Below, piece after piece: positions 36,580-46,760 of a stretch of DNA of 64,000 bases (position 1 is the stretch's first letter; each line of letters begins with the position of its first letter). The position numbers were made by a program, and so were the translations under genes. The notes below the pieces were generated by a model. The model was given only the letters and a program-made list of their open reading frames with translations, did not search any database and was not told the origin of the DNA. This DNA comes from Octopus vulgaris (taxonomy: Eukaryota). Location: the NCBI GenBank assembly GCA_951406725.2, contig OX597815.1:72788001-72852000 (forward strand). Direction: 5' to 3'.

Positions 36580-36754
36580 CAGGGGTCCCCAAACGTTTTA
36601 GACCATCGGCCCTTTCATGGAATTCTTGACCCCTCATTGACCCCCAGGCATGTACAAAAAAATAAAGTAAATGTGCAGTTTCAAGCATTTATTGACCTCT
36701 TGAATAGTCCCATCAACCCCCAGGGGTTGATATTGACCACTCTGGAGACCCCTG
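36580..36754. mobile_element. 175-bp hAT-type MITE nested in a family-B SINE
   Basis: TIRs CAGGGGTCCCCAAA / TCTGGAGACCCCTG (12 of 14 match). The 8-bp TSDs CCCTAGAG (36572-36579) and CTCTTGAG (36755-36762) fit the NTCTAGAN target of Charlie/SPIN hATs. The SINE resumes at TGACCAAAGCCTT. Confidence 0.88.
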
Positions 36755-36825
36755 CTCTTGAGTGACCAAAGCCTTCTGAGTTGAAATACCATGCAACAGA
36801 TGCAAGAAGCTTAATGATGTGATGA

Positions 36826-37860
36826 TGTACATCAAGCAGACACTCTCTGAATCTATCTTCAAGCCAGCAGACAGATTCATCTTTCCTATAAGCAAAGCAT
36901 TGCAAAGTTGAGGTTTCATGCAATGAATAACAATGAAAGTATAGGTGAAATGATCCACGATTTATAAATAAACAGACAGGTCTTGCAAAGGGGCAAGGAA
37001 CAAGTAGCCGTTTTAAATTGGATGTGGCAAAGGATGAAGGAACTAATGACCAGAAGATCGAGAAAGGTTGGTGGTGTGTGGGTGGGGGTGGAGAACAGAA
37101 AGATGGGTCAGATTGATAAAAGGAGAAATTGTAGAGATCAGGTGGTAAGGGGAAGTGGGGGTAATGTGTGGCAGGGTAGGTAAGGGACAGGAGGAAAGAA
37201 GTGTGGTTGATAGTGACCTAGATGATAATAGGTAGGAGATGTCTTCGCATACAATATAAAAGTCCAACTCTTTGAATGTCCAGTGTGTTTGGTTTAAAAC
37301 TTCAGCATGAAATAGAATAAATAGTCTAGCCACAACCACCTCTCTGAGTAGGAACATGTTGTTCGGCAACAGACATGGAAGAATTGAGATGGACATAATC
37401 GATCTGGTGAGTAGGGTGGCAAGGAAAAAATTTAAATAGGAGTAGAAGGGTGTTGGTTTTTGAAAAACATATGTGGTAAGGCAGAGGTGTTCAATAATAG
37501 AAATAGGTATCTAATAAGTTGGATGCTTCAGAAATGATAAATGGGAATTCTAAAAATGATGTCAAAAAGCTAACAAAGGAAATGAAAGTAGTAAGCTGTT
37601 CAAGAGTAAAAGAGGTGGCATCAATAGTCATTGATATAACCACTGTATAGCTCTGATGTGGAGTGTGTTAACAAAATGACAATCTAGGCTTCAAGGTCAC
37701 CAACAAACAATTTTGTGTGACTGGGGCCCATTCTAGTACACCTAGCAACTCCAGTGTCCTGTTTGCAGAACTCACTGAAAAAAATGGAAGCAGCCAAGTT
37801 CAGTGGAGGGTAGGAGATCAAGGTGCTGGGTTTGAGTGCAGTACAATAGCTCAGAAAAAG
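36826..37860 (-). mobile_element. Penelope-like element relic (RT plus GIY-YIG endonuclease)
   Basis: Minus-strand peptides in order: FCKQDTGVARCTRMGPSHTKLFVG (YKQ..GVAMGTRMGPSYANLFVG), YSGYIND..ATSFTLEQLTTFISFV (RYIDD), TYVFQKPT..SYLNF..CHP, SQF, CKTCLFI, then DHFT..VIHC...C.ALLIG and LEDRFRECL (GIY-YIG). Confidence 0.88.
37253..37366 (-). repeat. right arm of the inverted duplication, interrupting the Penelope-like relic
   Basis: See 35579-35693. Confidence 0.95.
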
Positions 37861-38719
37861 AGTTTGCTTACTGGTGTGCCAACAACCAACTCAAAGGTGT
37901 GTTTGGGCATGCTCTTGTCTTGACATTATGTGATGACTGTCACCATCATGCAAACAATGTCATTTAGTTCCAGTTTTCCGTGCAAATGACTGACTATGGG
38001 GAGATATATAACCTCACTTGGAAGCAGATGAAGCATCTGATTGTCTCAAAACTCTGCTTCAACAAATTCCGTCTGACCCATGAGAAAGTGGATGCCAAAC
38101 AATGATCCTGATGGTATACTGTTACGTTTAAACACAAGAGGGTAGCAGAAGAATGCAAGAAATATGATTGCTGATATGGACATATAATAGAAATATATGA
38201 TTCATGAGAGAGAAAATACCCACCATTAAGCAAATCATGTATGCCTTACACCAAACAAGAAACCATATTCAATAATCAACACAAAAAATTCTCCAAGATC
38301 ACTTTACTACCTAAAAATAGCAGCCAAGTCACTGAAGAGAAAAAGATGATACTTTACATAATATAGGACTGAAACAAAAGCTGGGTTATGTCAATTTGGA
38401 ATGTCTCTCATCACAAGTCTGATCAATTAGGACTGACCTAGTAATATACAGCATTGAAATTGGTCCTTAAGTGTAACAGGACTGAAGCATACGTGGAGAC
38501 GCTGGACTATGGTCCTACCAAATCAAGGCAAATACATAAAAAACAGACTTAAATGAAGCAATTATTTCCAGATAATTTCATTAGGCAGCCTCTGGGTTTT
38601 TTAACCATAAATTTACAACAGCAACCAGCTGTTTTCTTGAATGAATGGTTGTTTTCTTTCATTTCACTTAAAACAAAATTTTGGTAATTTCTTAACAAGG
38701 TAAAAATTATCTTTGAAAT

Positions 38720-40700
38720 CATCATCTAATGTTTGTTAACAAACTGACAACCCAAATGTGGAAAGACACATTGCCAAACAGAACAAGTAATGAAATATCT
38801 GTGCACCAAATCACAAACACTGACAAGAGCTATGAGACTTTAGTATCAACACCTGTAGAAAATGTACCCAGAAAAAAGAAGGCTATAACAAAACAAGAAC
38901 TTGCAGCAGCTGATAGAATCCACCCGGAAATGGTTACGCACCTTAGTAACAGAGCTGTAAACCTGGTTTGACAACACTCTTCACAGATAAATATGACTAT
39001 CCTAAAATGTAGACACATACCAAAGTCTTAACAATACTAAAATCAGGAAAGCCAATAGACCACCCACCTAGCTACCAACCCGTTTCACAACTGTGCCGCG
39101 CTTTTCAAACTGCTGAAGTGAATCGTGCTCTTGCGACTGTCACTAATGTTTGAACTTCAAACCTCCATTGAATAAACCAGTTTCAAAACAAAAAAGAAAC
39201 ACATTAGAACAAATGCTGGCCTTCACTTCTTATATGGAGCCAAGAGGTGAGCAAAACTGAAAACAGGTGCTGTCTTTGTCTTCATAGACTTCCCAGTAGC
39301 CTACAATACTGTATGGTATGTATTATCAGTCACCAGCCAGTCAGGTACTTTCCTTATGTCCAGAGGTTGACTACCAAGGCTTTCCAGCTTCCACTGTGTA
39401 GTGCCACATGCATACAATGAGCCGGGCTCTCATTTCTAGTCCATTCTTTGATGTTATCAGCCCACAATGTCTCTGACAACATTGTACTCTCTTCCCATTC
39501 ACACAACCCATCAGGATGGTTTTGGTCAACGATATGTGGTACATTGTATGTCCAAAACATGATAGCTTTGTAGACTTCATTCTCATTAATATGCATCTTT
39601 GGACTTTTGGCTTTTCTACAGTATGGAGGTTTAATGCCGAAATTTGCTAAAGTCATTAAATGCAAAAAAAAAAAAAAAAACCTTTGAAACAAAATGGTGC
39701 AAAAAAGAAAAAAAAACTAACTTGCATGGTCAAGAAAAAAAGCATTAAGAATCAGAGCCCCTCAGAGATCAATCCTGGTAACAAGCTTGTTCAATCTTTG
39801 TAATGGTGATATGCTTGAAATAAGACCATTTAAACTGGGGCAGGCAGATCACATTGTCACAATCATGGACAGCCTAGCCAGCATGACTGAATTGGAGACA
39901 GCCACTTAGTAGAGACATTTAGGCTACGAAGACCTTTGACAAATGATCCCTGAACATGGCTACCATAAAATCAGTGCCGATTCCATTCTGTACCAACAGC
40001 TGTTATGCAGTTACAGCCCAGTAATTAACTAATCCATCCAGAGAAGCACTCTGAATACCTTAGAGAATATTCAGACATCTCGAAAACACAGAGCAAAAAT
40101 TATAAAAGAGGAACTTGGCAATCAAGTTAGAATGTCTTGAGGAGCATCACAAACTGTTAGAAACATTTGTACTTGCCTTATGCTATAGCATAGTTGAATA
40201 CCGTGTCCCTAGTATAGATATATAGTTGTCCTAAATGAAATGATGTAGGTCATATCTTGTACTAATAAAGTGATTTCTTTGATGTGGCTACTAATAATGA
40301 GCGTTATTGCTGCACCTCACCACCAAAGAGAAGAAGACTTACTCAAAGGTAGTACCATCTAATCAGAAACACAAGTACTGTCATCATCATCACTTCAATA
40401 TCCATTTTTCCATTCTGGCATTGGTTTAATGGTTTGACAGCATTGAGCTTCAATGCCAGTTTTGGCATGGTTTCTGCAGTCTGATTCCATTCAAAACAAA
40501 CAATACAGGACCTACTGCTCCAAGACTATAGAACAGTAAAGGAAAATTTCAACATTGAAGAAGTCTGGTGAGATGAATGGAAGAAGCACCCTCCCAGTAG
40601 TGGTGGGGCCTGAGTGGGGACCCCACTGTATTACTACTCAGTTTCTGTAATCAAACCAGAAAGCAGTGGAGATATACCAGCAGGCTCAAGATAAATTACA
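38720..40700 (+). mobile_element. Ingi/Vingi-like (I-group) LINE relic with nested insertions
   Basis: AAADRIHPEMV..L, KVLTILKSGKPIDHPPSYQPVSQL (YRPISLL), KTGAVFVFIDFPVAYNTVW (TGAVFVDL.AAYDTVW), later *GAS...FVLALCYSIVEY (WGA...LAL.YS.AEY). Clade assignment is by motif recall. Confidence 0.75.
39320..39660 (-). mobile_element. RTE (BovB-like) 3' fragment inserted antisense into the Ingi/Vingi-like relic
   Basis: ORF-track peptides KLSCFGHTMYHISLTKTILMGCVNGKR and WADNIKEWT..WKALV match the RTE C-terminus (L.WFGH..R...L.KTILQG...G.R.RGR..W.DNIKEWT). Confidence 0.75.
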
Positions 40701-40734
40701 GCAGAACACTACTAACGTACATCAAAAAACTATA

Positions 40735-40935
40735 TTATGCAGGTACCCCTAGAAGATGCAAATTATAGATATTCCCACAAGGTGCAGCTTACACAAAGAA
40801 CCTCTATGTGATGCAAGTTATGCAGGTATAGCTACAAAGACACAGGCTAGGCAGATATTCCCCAACAAGACACAGGTTATGCAGCTACTCTCTATAAGAC
40901 AGTTTATGCAGGTATCCCAACAAGGGATATAGAAG
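40735..40935 (+). repeat. degenerate ~38-40-bp tandem repeat (TTATGCAGGTATCCC..ACAA)
   Basis: Five or six recurrences of TTATGCAG(G/A/C)TA..CC..A(C)AAGA. Confidence 0.55.
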
Positions 40936-42159
40936 ATCTTCCTCAAAAAAATGAAACTGACTCATGGAAAAGTGACTTCAAATGATGATGGATTACATTA
41001 GTTTTGAATGCCAAGGTAAACTGCTATAGATATAGCTAGAGAATGATGGGATCTACATAACTGATACACCCAAGATTCACTATACAAAAGCAAAATTTTC
41101 AGCAATATGTTCTACACCCCTATAGGTTATAGGATATCATTATATGTATGTATAATAGTACACAGAGGCATGGCTGTATAGTTAAGAAGTTTGTCTTGCA
41201 ACCACAAGGCTTTGTGGTCCAGTCCTACTGCATAGAACCTTAGGCAAGTATCTTCTACAACAGTCCCAGTCTGACCAAAGCTTTGTTAGTGAATCTGGTA
41301 CACAGAAACTGAAGGAAGCCCATCATGTGCAGTAGTGTAGTTAGTGGTGAGGTGTCTGATCAAAGAAATACTTTTAGATATTCATTCAATGCCATAATAA
41401 TATATAATGTAAATATTACACTTTGAAGCTCTCCCACGAAGGGGAAGGAGCTAAACACGAGATCTGTCCCAGGCAGCACACACACTAGCTATGCTATTGC
41501 ATACGTGTCTATGTACACACACGTTTATATATATGTGCATGCAACAGATGACATCACATAGCTTCACAGCAAATCATGTTTACTTTGATCACTATGCACT
41601 TTCAAAAATCTGAAATTGAGGGGAAAAAAATCCCTTACTTATTAAACAGGTAAGGGTTGGCAACAGGAAGAGTATCCAGCCATAAATTCCTACTTCAGAT
41701 ATATCCTACATCCAACCAACCCATGCGAGTATAGAAATTGAAAAATACAAATACAAAAAAAATCATTAAACGAACAAACAAATATATATTCAAGGTCATT
41801 ACAATATTGGCATTTGTAAAGAATAAGTAAAATGTGTTTAAAAATGAAAGAAGCTAGTGTTTGTAACCTAATGGTTACAAGCAGAAAAAATTTTTTAATT
41901 TGGTACACAAAAAACCAGATTATTATATAAAAAAAGAGAAACAAATCTAAAGGCACTGATAACAGCTGAAAAATAAGACTAAGATATGTTGCAAGTTGTG
42001 TTTATATAAGACAAGTAATTGAGTAATTTGGAAGGATGGAACAAAAATAAAATCAGAGAAAGACTAATTCAGCTTACCATGATTAAAGCAAAAATGATAA
42101 CAGTTTGAAGCACAAACACACACACATATCGTTTTAAAACTTGAAGCAGATAAAGCTAT

Positions 42160-42592
42160 AAATAATGGTTTCAAATTTTGGCACAAGGCCAGCAGTTTTG
42201 GGGAAGGGGGTAAGTCAATTATATGGAGCTCAGTGCTCAACTACTAATTGTTTTATTGACCCCAAATTGAAAAGCAAAGTCAACTTTGGTGGAATATGAA
42301 CTTAAAACAAAGACAAAATGCTGCTAACCATTTTGCCCAGCATGCTATCCATTATGCTAGCTCGCTGCTCCACAAAGCTTTAAATAATCTTTTCTACTAA
42401 AGGCCTGAAATTTTGTAGGAGGGGACTAGTTGATTACATCAACCCCAGTGTTTCACTGGTACTTGATTTACCAATCCTGAAAGGATGAAAGGCAAAGTCG
42501 ACCATGGCAGCATTTGAACTCAGAATGTAAATATGAATGAAACGCTAAGAATTCTGTCTGGCATGCCAACAATTCTGCCAACTTGCCGCCTT
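42160..42592 (-). mobile_element. two tandem family-A SINEs
   Basis: Copies at ~42165-42368 and 42387-42591. GATAAAGC(T)TATAAATAAT flanks the pair (42149-42166 and 42593-42610), with a similar AAAGCTTTAAATAAT between them, like nested TSDs. Confidence 0.82.
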
Positions 42593-43244
42593 GATAAAGC
42601 TATAAATAATAGCATGTAAATATTGTGTTAAAAAGACCCTAGGATGCTAAAAAGTCTAAAGCTACCGATGGGATTTGAACCTACAACTGTAAAAGTGACA
42701 AACATTCTATCAATGTGCACCAAAGCAAACCTTTCAATTTCTCCATTTTAGAAGCTTGGCTTTCATCAGTGAGAATTGTACGACATAAACTCTCTTTCTC
42801 GTATGTGTGTGTGTGTGTGTAAATATGTACATCTATATAGGTGTATGTAAGTATGTACATATACATGAAAATACTGAGTGCAGAAGACAGGTATTTCTCA
42901 TAATGAACATGGTCTAAGATTACAATGCTCAGTCACAGCTAATAAGGTCAAGCATATCAAGTTAATAGGCAAAATCTAGTTCTTCAGGGCAATTTCCAAT
43001 GAGTGCCTTCCGTATAAAGAATCAAGGTCTAAGCATTGGATACCATTATCCTTTGCTGGTTTACCGAGCTGTAAATACGTGAAATTTCAACACTCAGGAA
43101 AACAACCATCACTAGAAATACATGACGCAACAAGAAATACTTATAAATGCTTCATTTAAAAAAGGGACAACTCCCCGCCTCCAGCTCATGATAGTAAAAG
43201 CACAATAAATGCCAACATCTTTTGCATTGATGTTTGTAAAGGGT

Positions 43245-43537
43245 AAAGACCTCCTCCAAGGTACAAATCTGGGTAGTGTTATTTATGGAAGACCAGCAGT
43301 CGCCCATGTGTACCAGCCTCTCCCTCCACCCCCCTGATGTTATCCAAGGAAAAGACAAAGACCGATACAGCTTGGCATCAGTGATGTAGCAACTCATTTC
43401 TACAGCTGAGTGAACTAGAGCAACATGAAATAAAGTGTCTTGCTCTCAAGAACACAACACACAGCCTGGTTTGGGAATCAAATTCACTACCTCATGGTTG
43501 TGAGCCTGATGCTCGAACCACTGAGCCCTGTACCTTC
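43245..43537 (-). mobile_element. family-E SINE
   Basis: Reverse complement aligns over its length with 9330-9620. Confidence 0.85.
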
Positions 43538-43769
43538 AAACAATCAAAAAGCATAACAAAGCTGTAAGAGCTGCTCCAACAGGGATAGGCATCTGTTCAA
43601 GGCCATAAAGCTTCCATAAGGACATTTGCTGCTGTTTGTGATGAGCATTCTTTCAATTTGGTCAGGTATTCAGGTCATGAAGTGCAATAAGATATGGCAA
43701 AGACTTTATCACTTAACTGTACCATAATAACAAGGCATATATTTGAAGAATTCCACATCAAGAAGCAAC

Positions 43770-46760
43770 AAGTACACCAGCAGAAAGCCAAGGAACTATA
43801 TATGAAAAAGCCAGCATAAACCAATCGAGTCGCTAGTAACATATTACGCATCTGACAGAAAGCAAGCAAGCCGGTAGCTGTATATTGCAGCTGGCAGAAA
43901 GCAAGCACGCCGGTAGGAATATATTACACTCCTGACGGCCATATAATTATATGGCCAGCAGACAGCAAACAAGCTGGTAGGAATATATTATATAGCTGAC
44001 AGAAAGTGATCTAGCTGATATAACCTTATATCATACAGACAACAGACAGTAAGTAAACCAATATACACATTATATAGCCGATAGAAACCCAGTCATAAAA
44101 TACTGACAACCAACAATCAAGTCCAAAATTGTACATTATACAGCCGCAAAAAAAGAAAGCAAACTGGTAGTTGCATATTATACAACCAGAAGAAGACAGC
44201 AACTGAGCTAGTAGTTGGTTAAATCACAGCTAATTTACAGCCTGTACATGCTACATTACACGGTCGACAGACAGCAATTGTAGCAGTAGTTACTTCACAG
44301 CTGGTAGACAGCGACCGACCGAGTTGGCAGTTGCCACACAGCCGACAGACAGTGACTGAACTAGCCGGCAGTTATTGCACGGCTGACAGACAGCGACTGA
44401 ATGAGCCGGCAATTGCTGCACGGCCGACAGACAGTGACTGAACGAGCCGGTAGTTATTGCACGGCCGACAGACAGCGACTGAACGAGCCGGCAGTTATTG
44501 CACGGCCGACAGACAGCGACTGATTGAGCAAGCAGTTGCTGCACGGCCGACAGACAGCGACTGACCGAGCAAGCAATTGCTGCACGGCTGACAGACAGCG
44601 ACTGACCGAGCTGGCAGTTGCCGCACGGCTGCCAGACAGCGACCAACCGAGCCGGCAGTTGCTGCATGGCAGATGGAGCAGGCAGTTATTGCACAGCCGA
44701 CAGACAGCGACTGACCGAGCAAGCAGTTGCTGCATGGCCAACAGACAGCAACCAACCGAGCCTGTAGTTGCTGCACGGCCGACAGACAGCGACCGAGCGA
44801 GTCGGCAGTTATTGCACGGTCGACAGACAGCGACCGAACGAGTTGGCAGTTATTGCACGGCTGACAGACAGCGACCAACCGAGCCGGCAGTTGCTGCACG
44901 GCCGACAGACAGCGACCGAGCCGGCAGTTGCCACACGGCCGACAGACAGCGACCAACCGAGCCGGCAGTTGCCGCACGGCCGACAGACAGCGACCAACCG
45001 AGCCGGCAGTTGCCGCACGGCCGACAGACAGCGACCAACCGAGCCGGCAGTTGCCGCACGGCCGACAGACAGCGACCAACCGAGCCGGCAGTTGCCGCAC
45101 AGCCGACAGACAGCGACCAACCGAGCCGGCAGTTGCCGCACGGCCGACAGACAGCGACCGAGCCAGCAGTTGCCGCACGGCCGACAGACAGCGACCGAGC
45201 CGGCAGTTGCTGCACGGCCGACAGACAGCGACCGAGCCGGCAGTTGCTGCACGGCCGACAGACAGCGACCGAGCCGGCAGTTGCCACACGGCCGACAGAC
45301 AGCGACCAACCGAGCCGGCAGTTGCCGCACGGCCGACAGACAGCGACCAACCGAGCCGGCAGTTGCCGCACGGCCGACAGACAGCGACCAACCGAGCCGG
45401 CAGTTGCCGCACGGCCGACAGACAGCGACCAACCGAGCCGGCAGTTGCCGCACAGCCGACAGACAGCGACCAACCGAGCCGGCAGTTGCCGCACGGCCGA
45501 CAGACAGCGACCAACCGAGCCGGCAGTTGCCGCACGGCCGACAGACAGCGACCGAGCCAGCAGTTGCCGCACGGCCGACAGACAGCGACCGAGCCGGCAG
45601 TTGCTGCACGGCCGACAGACAGCGACCGAGCCGGCAGTTGCTGCACGGCCGACAGACAGCGACCGAGCCGGCAGTTGCTGCATGGCCAACAGACGACGGA
45701 GCAGGCAGTTATTGCACAGCCGACAGACAGCGACTGACCGAGCAAGCAGCTGCTGCATGGCCAACAGACAGCAACCAACCGAGCCTGTAGTTGCTGCATG
45801 GCCGACAGACAGGGACCGACTGAGTCGGCAGTTGCTGCACAGTCGACAGACAGCGACTGAGTTTGCAGTCAGCAATAGCCAACAGCTATTACACAGCTAG
45901 GAAATGTTTATCACAGGGTGGTAGCTATGTACTATGCAGTCAGCATCAAGCAAGTTGGGATGTATATATTGCACAGCCAGTAAAAAAGCCGTAAGTTATA
46001 TGTAATGCAGCTAACAATTGAACCAGTATTACACAGCTGGCAAGCAGCAATCGAGCCGGTAGCTGTATATTACAGCCGGCAAAAGCAGCAATCGAGCCGG
46101 TAGCTGTATATTACAGCCGGCAAAAGCAGCAATCGAGCCGGTAGCTGTATATTACAGCTGGTAAAAGCAGCAATCAAGCCAGTAGCTGTATATTACTGCC
46201 GGCAAGAGCAGCAATCAAGCCGGTAGCTGTATATTACTGCTGGGAAAAGCAGCAATCGAGCCAGTAGCTGTATATTTCAGCCAGCAAAAGCAGCAATCAG
46301 CCGGTAGCTGTATATTATTGCTGGCAAGAGCAGTAATCGAGCCGGTAGCTGTATATTACAGCTGGTAAAAGCAGCAATCAAGCCGGTAGCTGTATATTAC
46401 TGCCGGCAAGAGCAGCAATCAAGCCGGTAGCTGTATATTTCAGCCAGCAAAAGCAGCAATCAAGCCGGTAGCTGTATATTATTGCTGGCAAACAGCAATC
46501 AAGCTGGTAGCTGTATATTACTGCTGGTAAACAGTAATCAAGCCAGTGGCTGTATACTATGGCCGGCAAACAGCAATCAAGCTGGTAGCTGTATATTACT
46601 GCCAACAAACAGCAGTTTAGCTGGGGGCTATATGTTACAGACAGCACGCAACAATCAAGCTGGTAGCTGTATGTTACAGGCAGAAAGCAGCAATCAAGGT
46701 AGTAGTTGTATATTACGCAGCCAGTAGCTATATATCGCATAACCTGTAGAAAACAAGCCA
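43770..46760. repeat. ~3-kb compound minisatellite: GC-rich 37/41-bp core (~44300-45870) flanked by related AT-richer ~41-42-bp units
   Basis: Core unit GACAGACAGCGACC(AACC)GAGCCGGCAGTTGCYGCACGGCC. Right-flank unit GCAGCAATC(G/A)AGCCGGTAGCTGTATATTAC(A/T)GCCGGCAAAA (~46030-46730). Similar decayed units lie at 43770-44300. Confidence 0.97.

Noticed and set aside
44290-45900. Long ORFs (up to 458 aa) on both strands
   Set aside because: They are translations of a stop-free 37/41-bp tandem repeat. All frames cycle through the same peptides, and there is no domain or splice support.
43770-46760. CRISPR-like array
   Set aside because: Units are contiguous with no unique spacers, no cas genes are present, and the context is eukaryotic.
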